Source: Moniliella sp. 'wahieum' (taxonomy: Eukaryota). Taken from it: 64,000 bases of DNA. The notes under the pieces were generated by a model. That model made no database searches, was not told where the DNA came from, and saw nothing but the letters and a program-made list of their open reading frames with translations. Positions 24,747 to 38,608 of the stretch are shown here, one piece after another. The stretch lies in the NCBI GenBank assembly GCA_003971905.1, contig RSEE01000001.1:868001-932000 (forward strand), read 5' to 3'. The number at the start of each line of letters is the position of its first letter. Within the stretch, counting starts at the first letter, position 1. The position numbers were made by a program, and so were the translations under genes.

Positions 24747-27433
24747 CTACAGCTCCACCAAGCTGGCATGTTGCCATCCCACTCGCACGATCACATAGAG
24801 GGCAAACAGTTGTATACATGTGGGTGCACTCGTTGGAAGGGAGAATGCGATATAAGGCAAACTACAGTGTAGGCGCCAGTGAACCCAAACACATCCATCG
24901 AAGGCCGGTTGGGACTCCTTCTTGGAACGCCGTTTTTCTTCGCGAGTGCGGCGCTGCCGTGCTCCTGGGCGCTCCTTGAGTCGCCCCAAAACGCTCCTGG
25001 CATACGCCTTTGCAGGACCGTTGGTAGGCGGTGATCATGTGCATCGCATCGCACGATGATCAGGTCAATGCCCATAAGCGCGCGCCCTTGGGAGTAAGGC
25101 CGAGCTGTCTACTGATGAACTTCAGTTGGCCATCGGATATGGGATCTTGACGCCAGGGGGCATCACGAAGCATAGTCTTGCACCCATTTCCGCAATTAAT
25201 GGAAACATAATTGTCGCTACCCGGATCGCCACCTCCAATTCGTAGTCCGCTACAATGCGCATTGATTGTGCATTGCGCGATCTTTGTCCAGGAGAGATAA
25301 GCTGAGGAGTAAACGTAGCCAGCCAAGCTGAGAATCAGGACAGTTAGTATAGTACGAAAGATGGCAAGTTGACTTACCCGGCGGACGGTCAGGAGAACGG
25401 TCGAGGCTACATTTAGTATCCAGGTCAATCAGCCACCCGCCTTCATCCTCTCTTCTTCTTTCTTCTCGCCCTCTTCGTCGTCTAGTTCATCATCAGGAAT
25501 AGCATCCGCACTTGGAACCACTCGAATACGCCCAAACGAGGGGATACTGAGAATGTATGTCGTTGGCACATTGGGTCCACTCAAATTGCGAGAGCTTTAA
25601 AACGGGGTTGCGATGTTCCTCCTGTATGTCAATCGCTTCCTGCAACGAAGCGACTGAGTCATAATCGACCATAGTCATAACATCGGTTCCGTTGGGAGTA
25701 TCAGGCCCCTCTTCTAGTGCCATTGCAAGAATAGAAGGATTAGACGGAGTCTCCTTCTTGCGCTCTTTGAGGGCAGCTTTGCGTGCTTTCAACTCTTCCA
25801 GGCTCACTTGTTCCATCTCCTCATGAGGGTCCAAGCCAAACAAAGTCGGAGCACATACTGCCCCTCCTGCGCCCTTAGCGGCAGAGACATAGTCAAGCAC
25901 CAGGCAATCCACTTTTCCCGTATCGGGCGACTGGCGCGTCCCGCGTCCAATCATCTGCTGGTACCTTCCTTGGCTGCGGGTAGGGCGCGCGATCAATATA
26001 CAATCCACGGGTGGGATGTCAGTTCCCTCGGTAAACACGCCGCAGTTGACCAAGACCGGGAATTCCCCCTGCCGAAAGCGCTGCACAATGTCGGTACGAT
26101 CAGTCGAGGATGTCAAACCATCCACTCCATATGCGGCAATTCCAGCCCGACGGAAAGCATCCACCACTCCAGCCAGATGAGAACGAGTGGCACAAAATAC
26201 CAACGTGCTTCGACGGCGGTATTGCCCGCTTGTGTCGCCATCTGCTCGTGAGGGTAAATTCCAACACCGATCGAGCCAAGTATTGACAAGAAGCTCATTG
26301 AGTCTGTTGGTATTGAGTGCCTTGTCCATACTTGCCATGGTAAAGTCGCCCTGTCCGTCCAGGGTATCTGGTCGATCGGCGGTCGAGATGCGCAAGTCAC
26401 TCAGGTCGATGTGCCCTTGGATCATAGTAAAACGTAATGGCGCAAGGTGTCCTAGATCCATCAAATCAAGCATACCGTTGTGATACACAATCTTTTCAAA
26501 CACCGAACCCAGTGCCAGCCCATCGCTCCGGGTAAGGTGGCTGAAAACCCAATGAGGGGAGCATTATATCTCTCAACAGGTGTGGGGGACGCGGACGTGT
26601 CAACGGTATCCGGGGGCGCAACGCAGGGTGGAAGTATTCGAGGACCTGCCTCCATGTCCCTGCACAGACATGATGGGCCTCATCGATGATTACTGCCTTG
26701 AACCCAGAGGGATCAAACTTCCGTAATCGAGCCCCATTTTTGGCTGCTAGGGATGCAACAGTGGCGATCGTCACATCTGCCATGCCCGTGGCCTCTGTCT
26801 TCCCTTGCTCCATTTCGACCGTAAGATCCGGGTGGCCCCGCGAGACTGATATGGTTGTCTGCTTGGCAATCTCAACTGAGGGAACAAGAATCATGACTTG
26901 GCCTCCCCTCTGGTACTCTCGCCCGCTCCAAGTGGTGTCGTCGTTGTTGGTACGTGAGGGTATCAGCTTGAGCAGAGAAGAGCTATTCAAGGAAGTCAGT
27001 ATCAGTGTCCCCAAAGGAGTGCATTCACTTACAATATAATCGTTTTTCCACTTCCGGTGGGTGCACTGACAGCTATCCTGGTCAAGCCATCGTCCAGAGC
27101 CCCGGTGCAAGCATCTATGCACTCAGCTTGGTAGAGGCGCAACTCAACGGGTGAGGGCGAAGCCCCATCCGTAGGAGAAGCGAGAGGTACCATATCGTTG
27201 CGCGTCAGTCCTTTAGAGATAGTAGGCCTCTCAACCTGCTCTTCCGAAGCCTCAACTGGTTCCCGATTGCGTACCCGAGCGCGCTCGGAGAGGCCCCTGG
27301 AACAGACGCGGCAGCCGTACGCAACGCCGACAGGGCAGTAGCATTGAGTTTGACTGCACCTTCCACGCATGCGGGTAAGCTGATAGGAGAGGACACGAGA
27401 CAGCGGGACGCGAGCCCCGCCGAGCCAGACCAT
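24747..27433 (-). CDS. IRC3: Irc3-like mitochondrial DExH helicase (ends approximate)
   Basis: LRLYQAECI, APTGSGKT, IIDEAHH, IGFSAT, LVNCGVFTEGTDIPPVDC, RPTRSQGRYQQMIGRGTR, and C-terminal APWR; Arg-rich N-terminus. Confidence 0.88.
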
Positions 27434-27833
27434 CGTGTGGCAAAAGGTGCGTAGATGCAACTCGGTGTGGTGGAGCCGAAAAATCGCATTCGCCCCTCGT
27501 TGAATTGCATCTCGGTACCCCCGGTCGGTGCAACGCACTACCGGTTTCAACGTTAAACTAATGAGGCTGTTTTCTCTCAGACGTACAGCTGCCGGAATAA
27601 ATACTTCAAGCTTCATCGACATCCCCACTCCTGTATAATGGTTGTCACCGGCCGTTTGCGTTCTCCGTTGGGTTTGTAGATTGTTATATGGCAGTGTGTC
27701 GTCGTCTACTACTATGACTTCGATGATCGATGACTAGGGACTGGTCAAAATGATAGGAAAAGTGGTTGAGTATGTAGTAGTACATGGCTCGTGATCACGA
27801 CCGCAGGGGCTTTTAGAGGGTGCCTGCTCCTCT

Positions 27834-29150
27834 TTAGTCAGACTCGTCGTCCTCATTATCATCTTCGTCCTCGCTTCCAGCGCGGCGAGCAGTGACGTCC
27901 TCCATGACTAGCTCTTCGTCGTCGTCGTCGCCATCGAAATATTCGTCCTCCGACTCGGGGACGGGATATTGGCCTTGAGGCCCTTCATCTTCCGAGTTTG
28001 CAACTTGGACAAGTCCTGGCGGCCCAAGTGGACCTGACCCACAATGTCGCCCATGTCGTCCACATCCACGTTCTTCCGGTCGCCCTTGCCCAAGGTCGAC
28101 TTCTCTCCCTGGGTCTTGGGGCGCTTCAGCGTCTGGCAAGCTGGTCGAGCGCCGCAGGACGCCGGCGTCGAATAACGAAATCAAAGCTCGGCCCGCACTC
28201 GACGAGCTCAACCCGAGGCTTGCGCTCCCCGCTGGCACGCAGGTCAATGCGTAAGTCCGGAAGTAAATCACCGAACCCTCAGCGGAGCGGTCCACAACAT
28301 TGTGCGCTAGCTGATTGCCAGAATCGGCACGCGCCACACCAGCAGCATAGAGGGCACTGAGGGTGTCTTCGCCGCCAACGGCCGCATCTGCTGCTGCTTT
28401 GCTCGATGCATTAGCAGACATTGGCCCGGCTGTCACCGAGATGATGTGTTGCAATCCCGAGAGTGCAATCTGGTGCTCGCCCAACTTAATCCCTTGCCCC
28501 CGTGGAAGCTCCTCGCCACGGTAAAAGTCCATAAGAAGCGACTTGAGGTGCTGGTGGGCAGGATATTCGTGTTGGTGTACGCGCTGGCCAGCTCCATTGG
28601 GGATGCCGTGGCTGGATCCAGCGACTCGTCGAGAGTGAATTGGGGACCAGAGAAGTGGAAGAGGGGCGGTTGCCTAGTTGGGGCTTGATAGACTGGAACC
28701 CAAGTCAGTATTAAAACCCAAGAGGGGGGAGCAATATGACATGGGGGGAGGAATATGACGTACGCCCTTAAAGTTGCTCATGGGATACGCTTCAAGGATG
28801 CCCATCTCGAACATGTCCAGTACTTGCCCGTTAAACATACGGACCCAAATCAAGTTGTCCTTGCGCTTCTTCTGATTGGATCCCACAACAAATAGGGATG
28901 CATCGTTTTTGGCCGAGAAAAACTCGAGGCTGGAAGGGTCATCAAAGGGGGTGATGTCGTTCTTCTTGTTGAACATGATAACATCAGGCTTTTTTAGGGC
29001 GGCCAACTCCCGCATTGCCACATTCACCTTCTCCCCCGTACGCAGGCCATGAACAAAGATTGCCGTTTTGGCGTTCTCCACTTCCTTGGCATCGCGCTTC
29101 TCGAGGGCGCGCTTGGAACGGGCATTGCGCGGCTTGCGGGTGACCAGCAT
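27834..29150 (-). CDS. RPF2: Brix-domain ribosome biogenesis factor Rpf2 (one intron ~28693-28763)
   Basis: KPRNARSKRALEKR..VENAKTAIF, KKNDITPFDDPSSLEFFSAKNDASLF, DFYRGEE, GQVHLGRQDLSKLQTRKMKGLK. Confidence 0.95.
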
Positions 29151-29831
29151 TGTCCTCTCTTGTGGGATGCGGTGGTAGCTCGCGCTTTGAGCTGGGCCTC
29201 ATTTTCTCAGAGGGAGGAGGGGGCAAAATTTTTGCAACTCCGCCTGGGCGGAACGCGGAGGACCCAGTGCCGGACTGGACGTATTTGAACGTTGAACAAA
29301 CTTAAATTTCAACTTTGCTGATATCAAGCTCAAGTCTGAACTCAATGCGTCCTGTCCGGGGTTGATGCTGACGCGTGACGCGTGACGCATGGCGCCAGCA
29401 CGCCTTTTCTCATTGACTGTGCGCTCGTGTGGCGTGCCCCGTCAAGGCGGCGCCAGGCGTCAGATCTCGGATCTGCGTCCGTTCGGCAGGCACGCTCTTT
29501 ACCATGACCCGAACAAGTAGTCCCAAGGGCAGACTCTCAACAGATTCATATCCATCTCATCTGCCCCCCCTTCCCTACGATCAGTTCTACTCTCCCCCGC
29601 GTCTCCTCACGCCAGACATCCGTCGACTGAGAGTGAGGAAGAAGGTAAAGCCCTCGACGCCACTAACAAGAAAATCATCCGATGACACTTCCTCGTACAA
29701 AACAAACGGGATAGGTAGAAGAAATCGTAGGTACCATCAACAAAGGAACTGCATACACATATGCATGTATAGCTAACATGGTTTAGCACCGAGTCCAAAC
29801 AAAGGACTAGAGGCATGATGCTGGCTGTCGC

Positions 29832-31642
29832 TTACTCAGACCCCAGCGGCGAGGCTGAGAAGGTGCGCGAGATGAGCCAGGAGGTGAAGCCGGCTTTGCT
29901 GGGGCAACTGAGGCCGGTGGATGGAGTGCAAGTGGGGATGTGATCCCAAAGGTCGCAACAGGGCAGGGGGGGAGGCAATCCCCTTCTAACCGCGGGGAGG
30001 TCAGCGGAGGAAGGGAGAGGTGAATGTGCGGCAGGGACCTTCCAGCACGCACAGTCGAACCAGGTGCGAGAGCCACGGTGGCCAGCATCTCCCCGGTTCC
30101 TTCTGATGGACCGGGTGGGTGTAGGGGACCGACTGGGAAGATTGTTCATAGAGTAGTGGAGGTGGTGATGATGTTGATGTGGGAGCAGTGTCGGCGAGAG
30201 GGCACGCCTGTCCTGTTCGCTCTCCTTTCTTCTCTGTTGTGAGAGCTTCATGGCATTGGGATGAAGAGCGAGGCCGTTTGCGGTTCTTTCTTTCCTCCAC
30301 GAATTCAGCTTGACTGTTAATACCCGGTGCTGAACTGCACTTGGGGCGAACGGTAGAGTTCCATGATCCCGTCAGCGGAGGTGTACTGCGGTTTGTGCTT
30401 TCCTCGGTATCAGACCGCAGGAGAAGGGGTACGTCTTCGAATGCGAATGAGCTGGTTGACGAGCACGGGGAAGAAGGCATTGGAAGAGCAGGGCCCCGTA
30501 GCATGGGTTGCATCCTAGCAGCACCGCTGTCTTCGTTCTCCTTACAGGCTGGGCGAAAAACTTCAGCCGATATAGGGGGTGGACTCAGGAGGCGAAGGGG
30601 CCTGAGTAGCAAATTGTCTCCCCTCTATCTCATCGTGATGGTGGGACAACCGATACCACCGATACACCACTCCCACCTGCGACGGATGAGAGAGAAGAAC
30701 GGGGAGAGACGTTGGTACCATTTTCCGACGGACCCGACAATTGGGATGCGATGGAATGGGGTTGTCTGAGCCCCAAAAGCGCTGGGCCTTCCGCCGATGG
30801 GAGGGGCAACAAAGAGGGAATTCGGCTAGCATCGCGGAGAGTTGTTTTGGAGTGTCACTGGGAGAAGCGCAATCACACTCCTGATCGACCACTGACCCCT
30901 CTTCCCGAGGCAAGTACTGCTTCCAGATAATGTGGCTTGAACGGGGGGGAAGGTGGGCACAGTGGGTCTTTAAGAGGAGAAGCCTTTTGCTTTCACTTTC
31001 CTGGCCCTCTTGCGCTAGTGAATGAGCAAAGGAAAAGTGATTGGTGTTGGCCACATTATCATCCCCTGATCCTTGAGAGGGAGGGGCAGAAGAAGGCATC
31101 ATATGTGGCGGATTCAGAGAAGCATGGAAAGCAGAAGCTTCTTTCACGTGCGAAGGGATACCGTTAGGATAGATGCGCTGATACTCCGCCAGTTGTTTCC
31201 GCAATTGGCAGACGTAGTCTGTGTCCCGTTTTCATGGTCAGCGTGATCGAGAGGAGAGCAAACGTATCCTGACGCACCGTATGTGTGGGAGATAATGCAG
31301 AGCTTTTCGAGCACCATATCACTCTCTATGCGGGTTGTCATTTCAGCCATAGTCCACTCTCCAAGTTCGCTGCAGTCGCCTTCTTTACCTCTCCGGATGA
31401 AGCAGGACCGGCTTGAGCGCGGGCGGCGCTGGACAGTGCGACGGCGGGCAGCAGGTAAGGGTTTGGCACGGAGCACGTCTAGAGCCTCGCATAGCAGGCA
31501 GGAACGAGTGTCTGGAGTCGAATCAGACGCTCGTTTATCTTCTCCGCCGGCGACGCTCAATGAGCGAATGATCCGTTTTGCGCTTGAGGACCCGGGACTT
31601 GCGCGGCTGAGTAGGAGGTAAGGATTGGTCGGGCAACGTCAT
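29832..31642 (-). CDS. bHLH transcription factor (3' extent uncertain)
   Basis: Basic-helix 1 LKRKTDHSLIERRRR(E)KINERL, helix 2 LEKLCIISHT, then coiled LRKQLAEYQR and a Ser/Pro-rich tail across frameshifted ORFs. Confidence 0.72.
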
Positions 31643-32579
31643 CAGTATGGATCGCTGCAGGGCGCAAGGATAAGGGCGGGAGAGGAAAACAAGGAGGAGG
31701 CGATAGAAAACGGTAAGGCGGGCCCGGGGGTGGCGGTGGTGGAAGTGATGAAGGCAACACTGACTATATACATGTGCGATGGCCATGTGGGTATTCAATG
31801 GTGCAGACGCTCAACAACGGGGACAGTAGCGGTGGCGTGCGCATTTGTTGCTCGACACAAGACGTCAGATCTCAGAGTGCGCTGTCAGGCGAGTGAAAGT
31901 TTTAGGTACCTTCCGCGCTGTGTTGCTGAGCTTAAACACCGTTCGGTAATAGAGCAACAGCCGCTCCCAGGACCTTTTCTGGGTTGGAGCCGCAGCATGT
32001 CACGCGCACCTGCTACTCCTTACCTCGACGCTACCCATTCACCCTCCCGAAGAGACGACACAGGGCCGGGCTGGTGTGCATTTACCCACAACATGACAAG
32101 TCTTTTCGTTTAATTGATGGAGCGCATCAGCATTTTTGCGATTATGTTTTCATGGCCGTCTGGTGTACGGCAGCAGCAGGAAGCGCGTGCTTGTCTAGCC
32201 CCACGATTGTATCGCATGAAGACAGCAGGCACCACCGCCGCCTCCATCAGGGATGATGTCGATGACGCCTACCTCTCAAGCTGATGGCAGCCTTGGGACC
32301 ACAATAAAATGGTTGGGGGGGCAGCGGCCGCGCGGGAACAGCCTGAAATATTGGAAAACATCCGCCTGGGGGTATCGAGCATCCAGGACGCGGAGCCATA
32401 GCAGCGCACAACCCTAGTGGCCGGTGAGGGTGCGGGAGGGATGTGTGATGGTGATTGATGACGACAATGCCGATGGTTCGCCACACGCGGTTCCCCAGCA
32501 GGTCCTCCTATCTCCATCTCCCACCGCGAGCCTCCCCGTTGCCTACTCGCTTGCTGCCCGAGGGCGCTCCTTGCCCGAC

Positions 32580-34276
32580 ATGCTCATCCCCACCCTCCCA
32601 TACTCCTCGCCCTGCTCGTAACAGCATTGACGTTCGTTCATGCCGCCCCCACCCAGCACCGGCGCGGCCGCCCGCACGCGGCCTCGACTGGGACTCTGCC
32701 CTCCATGTTCCCTCGCCCCTCCATCTCTCGTCTCTGCGCCCTGGTCGGTCGCACTCTGGCTCAAACCCAGGTCGCCGCATGGCCCCGCCCTTCCACCTCC
32801 GTCTCCCCCCTCTGCCGAATCGATTTCCTTCGCCCCCGCTGTTGGGGTGCACGTAGGCGGGGGCGATCACGATGGCCTGCTCGCCTGGGCGGACTGACGG
32901 GAGAAGCGCATGCTCTTTCCGAACCTCTGGTGGTGCGTTCGCGCCTCGCACGCTATCGCCGCCTCCGCAACCCCCACGAGTTTGCCCGGCCTCGTGCTTA
33001 TGGAGATTGGGACCGAGTTGTCACCTCGTCCCAGTGCTTAACCGAGCCTTCGGGAGCAGGCTGGGAAGACGTGACAGTGCGTGCGCCCAACGTGACTGAC
33101 CGGAATACGTTGCTGTCGCTAGTACGCATGGCTGCACACGCCTATGTTCCCGGAAACGCCACATGGGTTCCCGCTACGGGCGGGTTTAATCAAACCCTCT
33201 CGTTTGGTTGGGACAGCGATGGCATCCGCGGTCACGTTTTTGCCGATGCTAAAAACGAAACGGTCGTGGTCGCGATCAAGGGAACCACCGCTGCATTTAT
33301 GCCTGGTGGCGGTGGCGACACAGCCAAGCGCGACAAGATGAACGACAATTTGATCTTCTCCTGCTGCTGCCCCGGGTCAGCTGGACTGGACTACCGTCTG
33401 TGGCTGTTATCGCTCAATTTCCGGCGGAAAGGGGTGTGGTCAGTCATGTGTGGAGGGAGCTCTGCTGGAGAAAGCTTTTACTACCGGCTGCGACGGAGCT
33501 CTACAGCAATGTGACTCGCGTCTACCCGAATGCCCAAATCTGGTTGACAGGCCATTCCTTGGCGGCGCTGTCTTCGCTTATCGGTATGACCTATGGGCTG
33601 CCCACTGTGGCTTTCGAATCACCAGGGGAACGCATGGCCGCCCGTCGTCTCCACCTTCCTGTACCGGGCGACTACCCATCGGATTGGGGTGAACCCCAGG
33701 ATGATGGATTGCCGATTGAAGAGCTTCCGTTGTGCATGTCTATACACGGGGACCCCCTTGCGGGGCCAGTGTGTGGGGCAGATGAGCCCTGTGGTCAATT
33801 TGGGTATGCGATGGAATCGCGCTGCCATGCGGGGCAGTCGATCGTGTACGATACGGTGGGCTGCTGGGCTGGTCGCCATCGCTCTTGACACATCGTGTGA
33901 TTACGTTGACGGATGATTTGCTCCTAACGGACTGGAACGCGAGGGTAGCGCAGTCCAACCAAGCCCAAATCGAGAGCAAGGGAAAGAAGCCAAAGACGCC
34001 GTCGGGCGATAGTTTCCTGGGGTGGCGTTGGCCTTGGCCATGGAACCGCCGGACGACAGCGACGACGGATCGTCAAGTGATGACGATGATTCTCAACCTG
34101 AACCATCACCGCCCGGTCGCACTCCCGGCGGAGACGACAGCATGGGTGACGACGATCCAGCTCCACCGGATTGCCTGACCCGGGTCGGGATGGAGATGCG
34201 GATCTGGTGTGCCACGGGCGAAAGTACGAGAGCGAGTGCGAGGACTGTAGGCTGGCAGTTCGGTGACCAGATTTGA
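32580..34276 (+). CDS. ATG15: Vacuolar autophagy lipase Atg15
   Basis: N-terminal hydrophobic anchor ILLALLVTALTFV; SFGWDSDGIRGHVFAD..VVAIKGT, DKMNDNLIFSCCC, YPNAQIWLTGHSLGG (lipase GxSxG), FESPGE, GYAMESRCH. Confidence 0.93.
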
Positions 34277-34972
34277 ACCCTACGCCCGGCAAAAGCCTAC
34301 CAACCATTTCCTCCTATCCGAGGCCCGCTCCTTCTCCGAGCCCCTATCCTCCTCCCTTTAGGTGCGAAGGAGGGATAATTTCTACCCAGCGTGCAGCTGG
34401 CACTCGGTTGATTATTTGTGTTATGCTTTAACCAATGAGCCGAGGGCCTCCGTGGATTAGCTGTGACATGTTGTGAGCTATCAATGGGGCCCCTTACACT
34501 TGCGCCGTGTTCCTCTCCCTTTTCCGGTCGCCTGGCCATGGTCACCTGGGGCAGGTGGTGGCGCTGTACCGGAGGTGAAGCTGCGACTGGGGAGGACGTT
34601 AATTTGAAGTACCATATTGGAACCGGGGGGGAGGCTGGAAGAGCTGATGATGATGATAACGCTTTGTGTAATATACTCTGTTCTGTTTTGGTACGATTGT
34701 GTAGTAGGACATGAAACGGTGCACGAAGTTCACCGCCAATATTCATGCAGATGCCTGAGAGTCGAACGTCGAACGTTGAGCAACCGTTTGAGATCAGAAC
34801 TCTCTTCTCTGAACTCTGAACTCTACTAAAACTGTCGGCACGCGTGCGCATCACGTGTGTGTGCTATGCATGCTATGTGCCATGCATCGTGTCCTGTGCA
34901 GCCCGGGGAACGAGGAACGGAGGCCAATCCTCGGAAAGGGCAGTCTGATGTCTGACCCTCGTTCCTCTGCCC

Positions 34973-35014
34973 TTGAAGCTTGAAGCTTGAAGCTTGAAGC
35001 TTGAAGCTTGAAGC
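34973..35014. repeat. (TTGAAGC)x6 perfect heptamer array in the CDC42 promoter
   Basis: Six perfect units about 330 bp upstream of the ATG at 35346. Confidence 0.95.
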
Positions 35015-35345
35015 TCGACTGTCCAAGGTGTGCCAGTGGCGTGCCCAGAGTGCTCCAGATGGGCTACGGCAGCCGGTCAGCTGAGCCTGAGGCCTCGGCA
35101 CCAGCTGGACTTGAGCCTCGGATCGCTAACCCTGGGCCGCCGCCCTCGCCCTTACGTCACGTATCACGCGTCGTGCTTCATCCATCATCCACGGGCCCAG
35201 CCAATCGCCGCTGCCCCGCATGGGGCGAGTGTCCTGCAGCAGCGGCCGTCTGGCCCATCTGTCGGACGCGCCGCCAGGGCGAGATAGACGGGGTGCTGGC
35301 CAGCCCCTTCAAGCTGACCACCACCTGCTTGTTGCGCTGCCGGCC

Positions 35346-36053
35346 ATGCAGACCATCAAGTGCGTCGTCGTTGGAGATGGCGCTGTCGGAAAGGTATGTA
35401 GGCTCGCGCCACATGCTGCTGCATGCGTGAGGGTGGCACTGACCCTGCCCAGACATGTCTCCTCATCTCGTATACCACCAACAAGTTCCCCTTGGACTAT
35501 GTCCCAACCGTACGTCCTCCTGTCTGCCTAGCCGCTTCCTTTCCAGGCTGAGGCCCTGACACCTCTCCTCTCTCGTTCGCCAGGTGTTTGACAACTATGC
35601 CGTCACTGTCATGATCGGCGACGACCCTTACACTCTCGGGCTCTTCGACACAGCCGGGCAGGAAGACTACGACCGCCTCCGCCCACTCTCTTACCCCCAG
35701 ACCGACGTGTTCCTGCTCTGCTTCAGTGTTACCTCTCCTGCCTCATACGAGAACGTAAAGGAGAAGTGGCATCCGGAGGTGCGGCATCACTGTCCAGGCG
35801 TGCCGTGCTTGGTGGTGGGCACCCAGATTGACTTGCGAGACGATGCGGTGGTGGTGGACAAACTGGGGCGGTCTAACCAGCGCCGCTGACAGCCGAGCAG
35901 GGTGAGCGCTTGGCCCGCGAGCTGGGCGCGGTCAAGTACGTTGAATGCTCAGCATTGACCCAAAAGGGCCTCAAGAACGTGTTTGACGAGGCCATCGTTG
36001 CAGCTCTGGAGCCACCGGTGGTGCGGAAAAAGTCCAAGTGCACATTGCTTTAG
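35346..36053 (+). CDS. CDC42: Rho-family GTPase Cdc42; introns 35394-35452 and 35510-35583
   Basis: [104 protein letters not shown] (CaaX); one 1-nt deletion near 35883. Confidence 0.98.
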
Positions 36054-37599
36054 ATGGGGGGAGTCTGCTGGCCTCTTACTTTGCCATGCACTTCACGAAC
36101 AACCCGCTATCTTCTTGCATAAGTCTTCGGCTTTACTCGTCCTGTTCGGACGAAAGGGGCGGGAGGGGTGCATCGTCTACCTTTCCGGCATGACCCCCGC
36201 TCTCCCTAGCCCACTCCTCACCATCCCCCACCTCCATCCCCCTTCCATTCTTTCTCATGTCGCCTTACCCCGACCCTCCCTCGAATCTCCTATTGCACAC
36301 TTCTTCCGCCACCGCTTCCCCCTCTGTCTTCTCTCGCCCCCATGTACGGCCTGCCTACTTTTTTTATCTCGCGTGTCATCTATACAGCCCCCCTCCGTTC
36401 CGCTCCGCTCCCCTCCTCACCCCCGAACGAGATGGTAGACAAGTTGAAGAAATTTCTCTCTGAAACCTTCCACCTCTTATACCCCCTCACCGAGGTCCGA
36501 GTCAGGCAGCAGGGACGCAGCGACACGCCCACACCCCGCTCAATCTTGGGGATGCTGTGATGACCCTGACGTGAAGTGTGGAGGAGGGATTGCCAGTCAA
36601 CTAAGAAGTGGGATGCGAAAGAGGTCAAAACCTATTTTGGCTGTAAGCACTGGGGTCCATGACCAGGCCGAGTGATGCCAGGCCTGTGCCGGATACACAG
36701 GGGTCGGCAGACTAGGGCATGCCCCAATATAGGACTCTTGCAGGAGCCACGTTCCATATTCCTACCCTGTAAAACATCGACGCGAGTGGTAGAGATAGGT
36801 AAAGGTTTGGACGCCGTGGTACCGCATTCGGGGGATTATAGTGCTGTAAAGCAATCATAACAGAACTCAACCCCTGCTTCGCCGAAAGGGGGCGGGGGAG
36901 GCTGGGGTCAACCAGGCAGCACGTGCAATCAGTCCAGTACGTCAGTGTATGTTCATATCACCACTTCCACAGAGATTGCATTTGGCTCTGCAACAGCATA
37001 TTCGACCACAGGTCTAACATAGTACATCGACGCTCAAGTAAGTGATGAGCGGATCAAATCAGTATGAAGTGATGATAGACTGTTTGTCCCCCCTCTAACG
37101 CGCACATTGCGGCATCGTACGGAAGAGATCGAGGAACTTTATGCTAAGGAACACATTTTCTGCTCTTGTCTTCCTTCGTAGGCGATCGCCAATGTCGTGA
37201 CCACCAACGTAGATTGGACCTCAGAATAAACTCATTGGTGCAGAGAAGATGGTATATAGAAGCTTGACTGCAGTAGTAGCGAATCAAGAACCCCTGCTCG
37301 TCTTCGGGTACCCTTGCAAAAATTCAAACCCCGCGTCAGCAACCCCCGCGTCAGGAGATGCTCTTAGCGGCCTTACTCCCTCGTCCTATCTTGCGCGAAG
37401 GCCAAGTTGGGCAGATGCAGAAACACGATCAAAGATAATCGGCATATACTCCCCAACTTATGTTCGCCCTTCCCAGCCAATTAGGTGCATTCACAGGGAC
37501 CTGCTTATGACAGGGAATGGAGTGCAAAAGAAAGACCTGTAATAAAGGAAACTGGTATGCATGAATATGGAGTCCCGTCGTTCTCCGTCGTCCTATCCG

Positions 37600-38608
37600 T
37601 TACGCCCGGGAGTTTGCAATCGTAGTGATCAGAATGTCCGATGCGCCCACGGCCTCCAGACGGTCCATGATCGTTGCGGCCTCAGAGCGCGCAATCATTG
37701 CCGATACAGCATTCCAGGTCTCATCTTCAAGGGGCATAACGGTCGCTGCCCGGCGGCCGGGGGTGATCTCGAGGGCGGCAGGCAGGGCGGACTTGGTAAT
37801 GTTGTAGGTGCAGAGCACGTAGCGTTGCGCTGCAATTACACCGCGGATTCGGTTGCTGATCAGGTTGATTAGTTTCGTATCCGACCGGGTGTGGGGCTCA
37901 GCGGAACGGATAAGCGTGGCCTGAGATTCGAGGAGGGTCGCAATCGGCGCCAGACCACAGGCGCGCATCGTCTCCCCACTCTCCACCAAGTCAACGATGC
38001 CGTCCGCAATGCGAGGGCGCAGGCAGCTTCAACGCTCCCGCTAACAAACTGGATCTCTGTCTTCTTGCCTGAAGCGACGCGCTTGTCCAGGTCGGCAAAG
38101 TACTCGCCCGCAAGTGGTCAAAGGAGGGGTAGCAATCCGGCACCCCACCAGGTCCTCCACCTTCTTCATTGGACCCTGTGCGCCAAGCTCCCACGAGGTT
38201 GCAGAGATGGGTCGGGCACCTGCACTTGCAGCTTGCACTTGCCAAAACCCAATGGAAGTACCTCGGTCACTCGCGACGAAATTGCCGTGCCGCTCTCGGC
38301 AACCATGTCCTGGCCCGTGATGCCGAGATCGACGTTACCGAGACCGACAAAGCGAGGAATGTCGGCAGCGGAAGGAAAACAAGCGCCATAGGGAAATTCT
38401 GCACCAGCGCAACGTCAAGCCGGTGCTGGCGCTTGAATTGCACATCCGCCCCCTGCAAAAGCTCCAGGCACTTTCGTACAGGCGGCCTAGCCTCCGCGCG
38501 TCAGCGGACCGTCCACACCTGGGATCAGAAAAAATACACACCCTTTTTGGGGATGGCAAAGAGCATCCGGTTGTTGAGGTCTTCGCTCGCCAGGAGATTC
38601 GAGGCCAT
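37600..38608 (-). CDS. HIS1: ATP phosphoribosyltransferase (one intron after PKKG)
   Basis: RMLFAIPKKG/RLYE, GADVQFKRQHRLDVAL, GNVDLGITG, DLVESGETMRACGL, ITPGRRAATV. Confidence 0.95.

Noticed and set aside
28724..28759. 17-bp imperfect direct repeat inside the RPF2 intron
   Set aside because: A simple local duplication with no further structure.
34973..35014. Heptamer arrays as CRISPR-like arrays or as stop-in-all-frames cassettes
   Set aside because: There are no unique spacers and the context is eukaryotic. TGA every 7 nt does hit all three frames, but the arrays lie upstream of genes rather than at ORF ends, so this is probably incidental.
35480..35780. Cdc42 substitutions FPLDY (vs FPSEY) and WHPE (vs WFPE)
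   Set aside because: Positions 30-31 vary among fungal Cdc42 proteins, all G-boxes and the effector loop are intact, and base quality is doubtful.
5478..36053. Mating-type locus (FAR1 and CDC42 nearby)
   Set aside because: I found no pheromone receptor, CaaX pheromone precursor or homeodomain pair in the window.
37040..37085. Two GTGATGA C-box-like motifs (snoRNA?)
   Set aside because: No suitably placed CTGA D box, terminal stem or recognisable rRNA guide.
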